This document shows, in pieces, positions 1-13,059 of a stretch of 64,000 nt of DNA (positions are counted from its first letter, which is position 1; the number at the start of each line of letters is the position of its first letter). The notes under the pieces are model-generated. The model was not told where the DNA came from, ran no database searches, and saw nothing but the letters and a program-made list of their open reading frames with translations. Location: positions 8,494,001 to 8,558,000 of the forward strand of contig JANJGN010000035.1 of NCBI GenBank assembly GCA_026770705.1. Direction: 5' to 3'. A program made the position numbers and the translations under genes. This stretch comes from Isurus oxyrinchus (taxonomy: Eukaryota).

Positions 1-639
1 CAATGTATATCACCGTTGTTTCTGTGGCAGTAAACGTGAGCCCAGGATGGGTTGTTTCCTCCATGGTGCTGGGGTGAAGGGTGTGACGGTGTGTCTGCAG
101 AACATTTTTTCTGGGGAGGGTGAAATGCAAGATGCCATGCGTCACATCAGTACGAATGACATAAATAGGAAGAGGGATGATGTATTGAAATCTGGTGTTA
201 CACATTTGAGGAGGAAATTGAAAAGCAGTACCTCAGGATCAGGATTATCTGGACTCTTCACAGAATCATTTCATACTGGACATGAACATCGCAAGGTTGA
301 TCGCTTGGACACAGTGAAATAGAATAGCTGGAGCTGCTAGGACATCAAATGTCTGAGTCCTTCTTAACTTTTGTGGTTCAGTTTGGAAAGATACAAGATG
401 TGCGTGAGTTGAACCTTAAGAGAAACAGGTCTAATACCATCACAAGTAGCATTGTTATTGCTATTGAGGAGAACTTAATCTAGCTTGTCAGGTGGCTGGG
501 TAACTTAGGGTTAGCACTAATTCATAGGAAATAAAGCTGGCAAAAAGAAGTGGTAAGTCATAATCAAAGGCAGGTGAAGGAAATACTGGCAGCAGCCAAG
601 CTTGGAATATTGCTGAAGAAGAGGCACATGGAAGTTGTC

Positions 640-1135
640 CAACTTACATTTATGAAGACACTTTGCAAGAATACCAGTATGAGGGGCACGGGGCGGGTGG
701 GGGGCACGCCGGGTGTACATAGGAAACACTACCCCTCTACATTACGGAACATTAAAGAAATACAACCTGCAAAGTGAGTTCTGATCGGTTGGGATTTGGA
801 CTGTGGTTAGTAGAGATGTTGCAGAGGATATTCCAGCAGTGATGGAGATAGGCAGTTAACTGCCAAGCATTATTTTAGGTTTAAACCAGATAAATAAACA
901 ATGATTGGTAAAAGCATTGCCCTGAATGACAAATCATGGCCAAGCAGCCTGGTATAAATTTCAAACAATGCCTGGCAGTTATCTGTCTGTCAACAACAAC
1001 TTGTGCTGTTTGTAATAAGCACGATCTTCACATGGAGTATAAATTCTTGACCCCAACAGCTCCCAAATTCTAATATCACGAAGCTCTTGATGAGTGCAAA
1101 AGAAAATCTTCACTACGTTTCTTCATTTTCAGCAA
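640..1135 (+). mobile_element. Penelope-like element terminal fragment nested in CR1
   Basis: Ends in cttgatgagtgcaaaagaaaatcttc...ttttcagcaa, similar to the end of the PLE at 51250-53630. Duplicated at ~4370-4830. Confidence 0.55.
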
Positions 1136-2409
1136 AAATCAATGTCTTTATTACAAACAGACCATAAGCTTAGAATGCGACACAATGCAAAAATGCAAAT
1201 TTAAACCCACTGTACCTGAATGCACGCAGCATTCACAATAAGGTGGATGGTTCAAAGGCACAAATAGGGGTGAATAAAAACGATTTATTTGCCATTAGAT
1301 AAATGAGGCCAAAACGTGCAAATGACTTTTTTAGGTCTTTCCAGCTGAAGGAGGACAGACAAACAGTCGGTGGTGTCGGGTTCGTTCAGGGCGGGGTAAG
1401 CAGTGTAGCTCTGATGACAATTTATGTGATCAGTACATTAGTTAGGGAGGAGCTCTGAACGGGAAAGCAAAAGTTGAATGTTAGGGTGGAGCAAAAGATC
1501 ACCAAGTAGCCAGGGTAGAATGTGGTATGGCAATAATTGTGAGCTGAGTTAAACATTTAGCATGGATAAATAGCTAACATCTAGATTTCATTCTGCATAT
1601 AGATTGTGTAAACCTGAAAAGCAGCAATGGTGTTAGAGATCGTTTTTTAGGGCATATATTTCTAGAGCAGTATAAGGGCTGGCCGACGGGACAAGATGCC
1701 ACTTTAGATTCTGCATTATGTTGAAAAATATGGTTTATTAAAATATGTGCAGCCAACTAACATTTTAGGGATGAGTGACAGTAATAAGCTTGAATATTAC
1801 TTTGTGTTTGAAAACCTGATTGTTCAATATGAAGCCATGGTGCTACACTTGAACAGCGAAAATTATGAAGGAATGAGAGGAAACCCGGTAAAGTTGGTTT
1901 GGAAAATATATTAAAAGCTTTAATGATAAACAATCACTGGGTAGTTGCAAAAATATTATGGTGTAGTTTACAGAAACTGCAGTATTTTTGATGGCATATG
2001 AAGACAAAAAAATATGTTGCTCAACCGTGGCTAACAAAGTGAGATAATGGCTGTATAAAATCAATTCAAAGGCCTATAACATTCCTGAAATTAGAGTATC
2101 CCCGATGATTGTTAGGTTTGCTCCATCCCGCAAAGTGGCCTAATAAACTGACAAAAAAAAAGAATATAAATTGAATGTAAACTAGCAAACAAAACACAAC
2201 AGTGGGCTGCAGAAGTGTTTATATATCTTTAAAAAGGAAATGTTTTTATTGGAGAAATGTAGTCTAGGAAATTTATAATTGGTATTGGAAAAAATGTAGG
2301 GAGTCTAAATGATAATATTTGTCCTGCTTACATTGAACAGCCACAATATATTACCGGGACATAGAGATCGAAATGACGTGAAGGGAAAGGCAATTTGCAA
2401 GCAGAATGC

Positions 2410-2625
2410 AAACACTGCTAATGCTGGAATTGATAAATGAAAACAGGAAATTCCCCAAAGAAGAATACCTGCCAGCGTCTGTTCGGAGAACAACCGTGAT
2501 AACACTTTGATTCCACAAGAAGCTCCTTCAGAGCTCTGATGACGTCAACTGACTTCGAAACATCAACAATTTCTCTCTCCACATGCAGCATGCATGAGTT
2601 ACAGAAATTTTCCAGTATTTTCAGC
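2410..2625. repeat. Palindromic Penelope-type terminal repeat insertion
   Basis: Inverted arms (aatgctgga...gcgtctgttcggaga / tctctccacatgcagc...ttttccagtatttt) around the central palindrome tcagagctctga (2528-2539). Confidence 0.65.
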
Positions 2626-3269
2626 TTTTTTGGAGCATTTGTGAGAAGGTTGTGTTGGAGAAAGTATTGGAACTTAAAGTTGATAAATACCTGCATCCTG
2701 ATGTTCAACCTTCCATATTATTGAAAGGAGGTAATTTTGGGGGTAATGGATACAGGTGGATCGTTTTCGAAAAGTATTTATATTTTGGGGCGGTTTCTTC
2801 AGATTGCAAGGACGCAAACGTTTCTCCAATATGGAAAAATGAAGGGAGAACATGGGGAAGTACAAACTTGATTGCCTTACATCTATAAAAGTGAAAATGC
2901 TGGATTCCATTCCATGGAATTTGCTCAACGCTTAGAGAATTTCCAAAGGGTTTGAAATATTCAACTACGAGTTCTGAAAGGGAAGTCAAATTATAACAGA
3001 ATAGGCGTGTTTTTTTCGAGTGAGAAATTCGTGAGTCTTTGGAACCTTTCCTAAAAACATGGTGGAAGCAGAGTATTGTGCCATTTTTAAGGTATACTTG
3101 AACACTTTCTCGGTAAGCAAGAGGGTGGTAAGCGGTAAGTTGGAAGAAAATTACAGGTTACTGCCTGCTGAACCATGAACTTACTAAATGGTGGAGCAGG
3201 TTTGTCAGACTGAATAGCTTATCATGTTCCTCATTTGCATATGAGTATGTGATTCAGTGATTATTGTAT

Positions 3270-3710
3270 TCTTGTTTTTTTCAGATAGCTCTCCTTTGAT
3301 ATTGTTCCCCACAGGTCTTTTGGTAGGAAAATCAAAATACATGGTGGAGGAAGTCATATGCTCGAATGGATTAAGGATTGGTTATCCGGGAGAAAGCAGA
3401 GAGTAGGAGTAAACGGGCTATTATCATTTTGGCATGCTTTAAATTGTATCGTATTGAAAAATCATTGCTTGTTCTTAACTTTTCACAATATATATCAATG
3501 ATTTGGATGTGCGGATTGAATATAATATTTGCAAGTTCACAAATGACACAAACTTTGGTGGCAATAACTGGTTAGAGGAGATGCAATGAGGTTTAAGAGG
3601 ATTTGAACAGGTTTATTAATGACCATAAAAGAGCAGATGAAATATAATGTTGAAAAATATGACATTTTCCACATTGCAAAGAGGATGAAATGTGCAGAGT
3701 ATTTCTTAAA
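3270..3710 (+). mobile_element. CR1 RT fragment
   Basis: tatatcaatgatttggatg...ttgcaagttcacaaatgacacaaactttggtggc corresponds to the CR1 RT motifs YINDLD...KFADDTKLGG. Confidence 0.8.
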
Positions 3711-3799
3711 ATATCATACCTTCACCTCTAAGCATGTTTACTAGATCTAAACATTTTGAATTTTTTTTTAAGTTATGTTCATAATGGCTCACATCTGTA

Positions 3800-6700
3800 G
3801 AGAGTGAAAAGCAAGCGCGGGGTGGGGGTTTGGTGGCGGCTCTGGGGTGGTGGGGAGGTCCACATTATTACCAATGGCAAAGATAGGGAGCAGGATGAGA
3901 CATCGAAAGCTGAATTTAGGGAGTCGGCGAGGAAATTGAAAAGTAGTGACTCAGGAACAGCATGCTCAGGATTACAACAAGCAACAGTGTCAAGTGGGAA
4001 TGAAAATAGGAAGTTTGATGGCTTGAACACTTGGTAATATAAATTGCGGATGAGTTAAGACATCAGACGTCTGAGTCATTGCGGCAGGTTATTTTCCAGG
4101 TAGGATAAGTACAAGATGCACATGTTAATCCTTAACAGGAACAGTGCTAATATTGTTGAAGGGAGATTTGCCGTTGTTGTTGTGGAGAGCTTGATTTAGC
4201 TTATTAGGGGGTTGTTAAACTCTATCTGGAAGTAAGTGCAGCTGGCAATGAGAAGTAGAAACTTCGTGGTAAAATTTAAAGACAACTGAATGAAAGGGGA
4301 GCATCAGCTTAGCTTTGAATATTTCTGAAGAAAGAGGCGCAACATTCTTTTTTCCATCTTGAATTTATCAAGTCACGTTGCAAAATATTGCAATAAGGGT
4401 GGGACTCGGCGTTGTGTGCTTACCAAGGAGGCAGCAATTTGCACGATATGCCAAGAGAGTGCTGATTTGTTGGCGACTGGACTGTGAGTCATGGAGATAT
4501 TTTAGAGGAAATTGCAGGTGTGATGGTGACCGACTGTTCACTGCGCAGCATTCTTTGAAATGTAAACCAGGCAGCTAGAAACTGATTGGTAAAGGGATTG
4601 CCACGATTGACCAATCGGGGTCAAGCTGCCTGAGTCACGTTTCAAAAAGTGTATGGTAATCAACTCTTTGTCAAAAGCAACTGGTAGTGTTATCAATGCC
4701 AAACAATAAGCACTATTTTCGCACCGAGTGCACGTTGTTTTCGCCCAGGGCCTTCATATTGATATTCCACGAAATTCCTGATGAGTACTAATCAAAGGTT
4801 TTGTCATGTTTCTTTAATTTCCAGCAGAATCAAGATCTATATTATCAAAAGACTATAAGCTTTCAATGCGAAATAATACAAAAATGCAAAGTTAAGTGCA
4901 CTCAACCTGAAAATAAACAACTTTCCCATCAAGGCGAATGGCATAAAGCCACAAATAAATGTTATGATGAATTATCTACTTGCCATTAGCTAAATGTAGT
5001 TAATAAGTGCAACTGAATGCTTAAGGGCAATCGACCTTAAGGGGGACAGATAAGTCGTTGGGGGGACGTGGAACAAGTTGTGTTTCACTGATAATAAATT
5101 ATGGGAACAGTACATTAATAAGTGAGCATCTCAGATCCAAAGAGCAAAATATGGACTGTTTGGGTGGAGCCAAGAAACAGCTAAAGGCAGGAGTTTCTAT
5201 ACGCCATCAAACAGTAAAGTTAGAGTGAGGTATGGTATGATTAGGAAACATAGTAAAGCATTTAGCATGGACAATTCAGTTAACCTGAGGACATCGTTCT
5301 GCAGATAGGGTAAGTATCATAAGCACTAATGGTGTTCAACATGGGTTTCTGGGTTATGTTAGGTTGTATTTGTATTTCTAGGGCAGCACATTCAAAAAAA
5401 CGGACTCGAGAACAGAGTACTTTTGAAGATGAATTATGTGGAAAATATAACATTGTAAAAATCTTGGCGTAAATTAGCATTTAAAGGATGGATGACCATA
5501 ATAAGAAAATAAATATTGCATTATGTTTGAAGGAGGGATCGTTCAGCCTGAAGTCAAGGGGTTAATATTAAACAAAGGAATTCATGAAGGATTTAGGGGA
5601 AACTTGGTTGTGGTGTATTGGGTTAATTTGAAAGCTATGATGGTACACAAGCACTGTGCAGAATTTAAAATATTATCGTGATGTTGGCAGCAACTACGCA
5701 TTCTTTGAAGACATACAAAATCAAAAAGAAACGCCACTCAAAAGGGACAAACAAAGTAAGTTAAGGAGTTAATTCGATTACAAAAGCCCAATAAATTTCC
5801 TGAAATAAAAGTATGCCCGAAAATTGGGAGGATTGCAACATACAGTGAAGCTACCGGAAAAATTGACAAAGAAGGGGAGAATATAATATAAATGTAAAAT
5901 AGCAAAAAAACAAACATAAAAGTGGAATGCAGAACCTTCTTCATGTATTTAAAATGGAGAGGTTTAGCCGAGACAAATGTAGGATATTTAACGTTGAAAA
6001 TTAAAAAAAATAGGGTTACTTAGTTATTGTTTTTTTGCATGAATACGTTGAAAAAAACACACGATTTCTGCGAGAATTAGAGATTGACGGGACTTGAAAG
6101 AAGCCACAATTTTTAAACACAATGAAAAATGCGTCCGATGCTGGAAATGTGAAAGGAAACCAGGAAATGAACCAAAGAAAAACACATGAGGTGGCCTGGC
6201 AATGTCTACTGAGAGAGTAAAATTGTTAACACTATGAGTCCATATTAATCTTCTTCAGAGCTCTGAAGATGTCTCATACGATTTCGAAACACAAAGGATT
6301 TCTTTCTCCACAAATGATGCCTGAGAAGCCGCGTTTTTCAAGCAGTCTCTGTTTTTATTTCAGCATTTATGACATGGTGGTGTTGGATTAATTATTGTGG
6401 CAGTAAGCTGATAAAAACAACGGCCTAAAGCTACATAATAATTCTCAGATTTGGCACAGCCAACGTGGAGTTCCGAATGAAAAATCATGTTCGACATATC
6501 TTCTTGAGTTATCTTTAAGGGCTTTTCTAACATAATTGACAAAGGGGTATTGACAAAATGGTGGTCTGCACGTCCAACAAGTAATTAGGAATTCTAACAT
6601 AATGTTATCAATTATTGCAAGGGGCACTGAATTCAAATTTTTTGAGGATCTGCTTCAGTGTTACAGGGTACGAGTGACAACACATTTATATTGTTGGGAG

Positions 6701-7220
6701 CAGATTTGTCACCTTATTTCGGGAAGGATGTAAATGTCTTGGAAGCAGTTCAGCGAATGTTTAGCAGAGAAACACATGGAAGTTTTGGTTGTCTTATAAG
6801 GAAAGACTGCACTAGCTAGGGTTGCAGGCACTGTATTTAGAAGAGTAAGAGGCGACTTAATTGAAACATGTAAGTTCCTGACGGGTAGCTGTGATGAGAA
6901 AGTTCCCTACTATGGAGAAGGTAGAACTGGGGGTCACTGTTTAAAAGTGGGGGCTGCCCATTTACAACAACTAATACTTTTTTTTTCACTCATAGAGTGG
7001 TGAGCCTTTGGAACCCTCCCTGAAAAGAAGGTGGGAGAAGTGTATTTCGATATTTTAAAGACATAGTTGTATACTGAAACTTTATGCAAGGGGGAGATAA
7101 GCGATTTTTTTGATGCAGAATTCAGGATTCCAACTGATGAGCCATGATCTGATTAAATGGTGGAGCATGTTCGAGGGACTGATTGCTCGATGCTGCCCCT
7201 CGATTGATATTTCGTATGTC
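3800..7220 (+). mobile_element. Second copy of the composite CR1 (tandem duplicate of 1-3250)
   Basis: Same order as copy 1: ORF1 tail, PLE-end insertion (4370-4830), endonuclease, palindromic insertion (6135-6365), RT tail and 3' end. Confidence 0.8.
6135..6365. repeat. Palindromic Penelope-type terminal repeat insertion (copy 2)
   Basis: Perfect 18-bp palindrome tcttcagagctctgaaga (6252-6269) with degenerate inverted arms. Confidence 0.65.
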
Positions 7221-7229
7221 ATTGATTGA

Positions 7230-7675
7230 ATATTTCGATTTTGATTTTCAGAAAACATTTCATAATGATCCCCACCGAATTTTGAGTAGCAAAGTTAAAA
7301 CAGACGGGGTAGGAGGGTGTATACTGGCATGGATATAGGATTGGTTAACAGGTAGAAGGCAGAAAGTAGGAATGAACACTCCATTATCATTGTGACAGGC
7401 TGCAAATTGTGGCGAACTGAAAAATGAGCCATTTGTCTCAGCTGTTCACAAAATATTTATCAATGATTTGGATGTTGGGACCATATAGAACATTTGCAAG
7501 TTCGCAGCTGACAGAAACCTAGGTGGGAATGTTACTGCTAGGAAGATGCAAAACGGCTCTAGAGGATTTGGACAAATTAGTGTGTTGGCAGAAAATAGCA
7601 GATGTAATATCATGTGGAAAATATGAGAATTTCCGCTTTGGTAATAGGAACTAATGTACAGGCTATTTCTTAGAA
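7230..7675 (+). mobile_element. CR1 RT fragment (duplicate of 3270-3710)
   Basis: gattttcagaaaacatttcataat (DFQKAFD-like) ... atcaatgatttggat ... aagttcgcagctgacagaaacctaggtggg. Confidence 0.8.
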
Positions 7676-9207
7676 ACTCGTATCTTCATATTTAAGTGCA
7701 TTTACCAAGTATAAACACTTTGGACTTTTTATTAGTTATTGTGTTCAAAATTGCTCATTCACAACTCATCTCTTCTGTGGAAAAATAATCCACTTCCACT
7801 TTGCCTACATTATTAAGACACTTTCGACACTCAAGCACAAACATTTGAAATTCTTGACGGGATTAGTCTTTGAAAAAGTTATGATTTTTCAGAAGTTCTC
7901 ATTGATTCCATGGCGAGCGAGCTTCATTTACTTGCTTTCAATCAATCACCAAAGTTTTGTTATTCTGGATTGTCATTTTTATTTCTTACACATGTTTCTT
8001 CCACGCAAATAGCTAAACACATCATTCCAATATTTCGGAGGATTAAGATTGCATATTACTGAAACCGTCCAATTGACTATATTTCTGTAGTGTATACTAC
8101 CTTAATTGCATTGATAGGAACAGCCGATTCATTCTTAGATTACATTGGTGACTGCGGTTTATTTTTGGATAAGTGACTTGGTTGGTGACACTAGACCAGC
8201 TTTGCTCCTTTGATGAATGGGGTGGATACATCCTCATCCTTAGCTAAATGTCGTTTTTGTTCACATGGTCTACAAGTTAGATCAGAATATCTTATGCCCA
8301 TTAGCATCTCCTGACTCGTGGCACACCGCCCCAGAATGTGGAAAATTTAATGTCCACGGTAGAACATTCCGTGGTGTAAGATTAATATGATTAATGAGAG
8401 TTTAGAGTTAAACAAATCTAGCAAAAATAATATATCCTGTTAATCTATTCAATTTAAATAATGGAAGACGTTTGTATTTTACATATACAGCCACTAAAAA
8501 TGTACTTTATATTTCCGACGAAAAGTCTAATTCTTTTTTCAAACAACAAATTATGAGCTGAGTCAATATTTCTAGTTTTAACAATCCTACGCTTCTCTAC
8601 CTTCAACAGCAAAAACAACAAGTGGCCTGAATTACCCATCAGTTATGAATTCTCCATAACATCTTACGTTTCTATATGCAATCGCGGCAAATATATTATA
8701 TCACGTTGGTTTCTCACAAGTTCCCGTCAAATGTGCAGCCATTTCTAGAGCAACACGAGCGACGTTTACCGCTGCCAACGGTTTGGATTGAAGCTGCAAC
8801 AACCTACTTTCAAATATCTTGAGATATGACCGTCAAAAAAATGTTCGTCTTTACGATTAAGCTCTCTTCCATTTTATTTTTCCATCACATTGCGGAGCAG
8901 AACTTATCTTTATCACTTTATTTATTTTCTACCCTTTTGTTAACCCGTTTACTACAATTAAAGTTCAGTTCATTATTTTTCTTTTATCAGTCCATCTTTG
9001 TGGGAATTTGCAACCAACATTGTCTCAGTGCAGTAAAGTTAATGTACGAAGCAAAATAGCATCTTTACTGAGAATTAGGATCGTATAGCTTTCCAGATGT
9101 CTCCTGGCGCCTATTGAGATGTCTTTTCCACTTATATCAATGCACAGCATTTTCTCATAATCTCACAGTTTTGCCATAATTTCGTTGCCCGAAATTATCA
9201 TCAAAGA

Positions 9208-9231
9208 AATATATATATATATATATATATT
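9208..9231. repeat. (AT)n microsatellite
   Basis: atatatat run seen directly. Confidence 0.95.
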
Positions 9232-9339
9232 AATTCGCGTGCCTCAGGGCAAAGGCAGTAGATATCATGTACCACAACTTTGAAAGTGATAAAATCAGAA
9301 GTTTGTAATTCTGAAATAAGTAAATAAATTTCGACTCAC

Positions 9340-9525
9340 GTCCCCTCAAAACACTTTGCAATGGAAGTGCCAGGGCGCCCAATGACGACCTTAGGTTTTC
9401 ACCAACGTTCTTAAATAAGACAACGTTGCAATTAGGCGCCAAGCCAAAAATTTATTTGGCAAACCTGGTCTCGGATGGCACTTGTAAAACTGTCTGAGTA
9501 ATTACCGTTGCAATCATCCTGTAAC
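9340..9525 (-). pseudogene. Candidate kinase exon (subdomains VIa-VII, degenerate)
   Basis: cttag|...|gtgagt. Reads TVLQVPSETRFAK*IFGLAPNCNVVLFKNVGEN(fs)PKVVIG, weakly like LQVASAxxF..HRDLAARNVLL..KIGDFG. Confidence 0.35.
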
Positions 9526-10199
9526 CTAAGATATTATTTATCAAGTCCATGCTGGAAGGCCGCATTCTTAAGGTAAAGCCTCTTGATGCTTTTATTAAGT
9601 CTTTTTTCGTTTGTTATCACGTCACACTTGGGTCCTCGTTAAATCATTTACACCTGAGCCCTTTCACTTGAGTTCAACTTTTTATTTTCTTCTTACTTGG
9701 CTCTTGCTTTATTCCCGTTCATTGTAACCCTCTTTAAATTATTTCATTGGCAACTGTCCCATCGCCAAATCAAGCTGTACTTCATTATTTTTAAGGCGTG
9801 TGCTCTGCAAGTGGCAATCTTTGTTTATTACATTGATCATTTTTTTTGTCTGTAGCTCCTGCTCGTAGCTCCAAATTCAATTCGTTGACAATGCTATCAA
9901 CCTGACTTTAGTTAGCTACTGAACAATACCAACAGACAAATCTTTATGCTACAAAATATGGTATTATGAACTTACAAATCACTTCTGCTTTTTCACTAAA
10001 TACAGTGAAATTCACGGGAAAACTTGTTAGATTTATGTAAAAAAAAAGTCCAATGCACAAGCGTCAGAACGTGGATTATAAATCCCAAATAAATACCACA
10101 ACGATTATTAGGATTTGGAAAGTAAGTGCTAAATCTCTGAGCGACTGTGGATCTCGCAGCGGCTGATTAAAAGAACATGTGGCACGAGTTCACGTTACG

Positions 10200-10900
10200 C
10201 AATAAAGAAAATGGGTTTTTTCATCTGTCGCTCTGGGACAGAAGTAAAGTCACAATGGATATACACAATCCATTTCCATTCCACTATGCGATCCACCTAC
10301 GGCCAATGTACAACATTTCATTTGAATCATTGAAGTTGATTTTGGCTAAGGGACCACTTAATTCTCCTTGAAATCCTGATGACTGTGGACTCCTCGCCTG
10401 AGGCTTCGAACTTTTCTGTGTCGTGCCTCAGTGATAGAGCAATCAAGAACACCCTGGATCTAAGTGCCCTCCATGTTAGATGTTTTCTGAATTAAATTCC
10501 TTCCGCAAATTGTGCAGCTATTCGGGTAGGCATTTATATCCTGTGGCATCCTCCTTACCTTTTGCTGCCATCCCAATTTTGGTACAATTGGCCAGTTTGA
10601 AATTTCGTTCTGTGTTCGGAAATCCAACCTTTTTATTTATGGAATGACGTGCATTGGCCATAGCACTGATCCAGTAGTAGTACAACAATCAACAATCTTC
10701 CAGCCTAAGAAATAACGTAAATCACAACTCCCTCTTTTCTCTCCTTCAACGCTCTTTTTTATATACAACGCTGGACATTGATTCTCATATTCTATGAGCC
10801 TCAATTTTGTCAGCCAGGATTCTTGACAACATTTTCCTAAAACATTCATAAATATCATTCAGCATCATCCGGGAAACACCCTTACAATATCTGATTGATT
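10200..10900 (-). mobile_element. CR1 RT/3' fragment
   Basis: Minus strand: ggatcagtgctatggccaatgc (GSVLGP) ... tttcaaactggccaattgtaccaaaattggg (KFADDTKLG-like). Confidence 0.7.
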
Positions 10901-11049
10901 GCAAATTCTCCAGTCCTTTGAGACAGATTTATATGATAAGGAACGGAGCAATTCATTGTATTGGCCTACAGACTATCAATCAGCAGAACGTTTAGACCAC
11001 CTGCTGTCGGATTTGAAGGTACGTTTTGTGAGGGGGGGTGTTGCGGTGT

Positions 11050-11780
11050 GGTGTTTTGGGAGAGAATTCTGGCAAGGAGGGTAAAATATTCAATTTAATG
11101 GATCGGTTTTCGACGGGTTTCCCATGGGTTCACACTGCCTCGACAACGCGGCAAGTTTATGCTAGGAGGGTCGTGGCCCCCCCTGCCCTTTTCCCAATTG
11201 AGGCCCTCAAGAAAATGTTGACCACTTAAGGAGTGCTTTCCGTCCAGCCTCAATTTTCAGGCTGGCGGGAATGCATAAGTTGAAGGTTTGGTCCACACAA
11301 TTGACTGTGGCTAGGAAAATCAGTCTGGCAGTGTTTCCTGGCGCACGATCAGAAATTTTCCCCTGGGATGACCGATTTTAAATGGTGAACAACTCTTCAA
11401 AAACCAATGGTTTAACCCAATTTTCTTTCTGCTTTCCACTACACGCCAGAACGCCTCCAAACTTACCAAATAACGAGACTGGGCCGAAACCGTCCCGAAA
11501 GGAAACCATTTGACCACGAATGGCCGATATTCTGTCAAGGGTTGGTCGGCCAGCCAAGGCCCGGCGTGCCGGAAGAGAGCTCATAACCTATCTGATGAAT
11601 TTTATGCTGATCAAAAAGGCTGCAAGAGGAGAACGTAAGTTAAGGCTCTGATTCAAGCCACTCGTGGGAATGCTGCCCTCCATCAACATTGGATTGGGCC
11701 GTCGGCTGACGGGCCAGAGCAGAGCTCTTGTAGTGATCCTGGACTTATTTTTGGGGCGGCATGTGGTAAAAGGAGTCAGC
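11050..11780. mobile_element. GC-rich non-autonomous DNA transposon (Harbinger-like MITE) remnants
   Basis: GC-rich block with gaattct/aaattttcc terminal-type motifs and ccaattgaggccctcaag-type internal motifs like those flanking the Harbinger at 20.9-23.4 kb. Confidence 0.45.
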
Positions 11781-12070
11781 TGAAGAAGGTTTCCTATTAG
11801 TTTACTTTATTTTAATAAATTCAATGCCAATTTTGAACTACCAGTATTGCCAGCACGGATCAATTAGCAATACTGCATTGTCTCTTCTTACAATTTGAAT
11901 AAATGCATTTCCCGATGTTTTTTTTTTCAATTCTAGGCATTTATTTTGTCTTGCCACATCCTTTATTCATCTGACACAATCCTATTATTAGATTTTTCTC
12001 GTTTGTTGCATGTTGATCTTTTCATTGTTTTCGGTCGAATTTGGCAACAGAAAGTGGCATCTTCATTTAC

Positions 12071-12185
12071 CATACAGCGTCACTCAAAATACTCAATAAC
12101 TAGCAACAGTTCCTACCCTCTCCTCTCGACTGATACCACGAAACCACGCTGTCTATTTCTGGAGGCCTCACCTGCGATACCCAAT
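12071..12185 (-). pseudogene. Kinase exon, subdomains IV-V (degenerate)
   Basis: tttttcatag|...|gtaaat. Reads QVRPPEIDSVVSW(fs)..ELLLVIEYFE*RCM, like HPNIVxLxG..LLLVMEYxExGxL. Confidence 0.55.
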
Positions 12186-12628
12186 CTATGAAAAACAATA
12201 TATTTTTTTTTCCCCCCTGGGCACGTTTCACTAAATCTCTCGGTATTGGTTGCAGTCCCTGTCTATCCTCTCCACTTTTTTTGGTTGCATAGATGAGGGA
12301 GGTGCTGGCTAATCAGATTAAATGGCAGATGTCTGAGGTGGATGCTCCTCCCTATGAGGAGGTCAAGTATTTTTGAAGACAAATATGTTTCGATGGAGCA
12401 TTAACTATCTTATGGGCGGGTAACAGAGGCCGCAAAATGTTCACCCCCATGTCTTCTGATTGAGGAAATGTACTGGTCCATGATTCTATACAATTTTAAC
12501 ATAATCAGCTTTCAATTATTCCTCTATTACAGTCCTCTGCCTGAAAACACATCATCTGCAATTATTCGCCTCACAATGCATAAGAACGCTGATATATGTA
12601 AAGCAAGATGGCGGGCATCGAGACTTAC

Positions 12629-12765
12629 TCAGTTGTAATAGGATAAGAAATTCCTTTCTGTAGGCATTAACCTGATGAAATGGCTAGCGTTCTACCCAAT
12701 TGAGAGAGTCCACAGCCCTACACCACCATCCGTTCCTCTTCCAACCAACAGTTTTTTTTTACACA
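12629..12765 (-). pseudogene. Kinase exon, subdomains I-III (degenerate)
   Basis: gtgttttag|...|gtaagt. LLVGRGTDGGV is an exact GxGxxGxV, followed across frameshifts by GRTLAI (beta3) and QVNAYRKEFLILLQL (alphaC). Confidence 0.6.
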
Positions 12766-13059
12766 CTAAAACACACAATGGCTGTTTTCATTTCTTTTGT
12801 TAGATGCATATATATTTGCGTTCCCTCTTTCCTTTCTTTCAAACTTTTTTTTTCATCTAGGGTGTAGGCGAATTGTCTGTTCTATCCGCTTAACTATCTC
12901 AATTCATATTTTTCCTAGTTATGTTAGAACTTGTCACTTAACTGTTCCATCTGCGTGCTTTCTAATGAAACTTGAAATCAATTTGATGAGATCAAGAATA
13001 CTTGAAATATACCCAGTTCGGTAATTTTCATCGCTTGCCATTAATTTTATTTTATTTTT

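Larger units (their letters stand above)
1..3250 (+). mobile_element. Decayed CR1 LINE (ORF1 esterase tail, ORF2 endonuclease/RT fragments, 3' end) with nested insertions
   Basis: ORF 47..322 (GAGVKGVTVCLQNIFSGEGE..HISTNDINRKRDDVLKS) resembles the CR1 ORF1 SGNH-esterase. Near 1210, LYLNARSIHNKVD is the ORF2 endonuclease start. CR1-type 3' end lies at ~3010-3250. Confidence 0.85.

Noticed and set aside
10637-10858. ORF with kinase-like words (VLGKCCQES..LIEYE..DLRYFL)
   Set aside because: The nucleotide sequence is a reverse CR1 RT fragment (GSVLGP and KFADDTKLG remnants).
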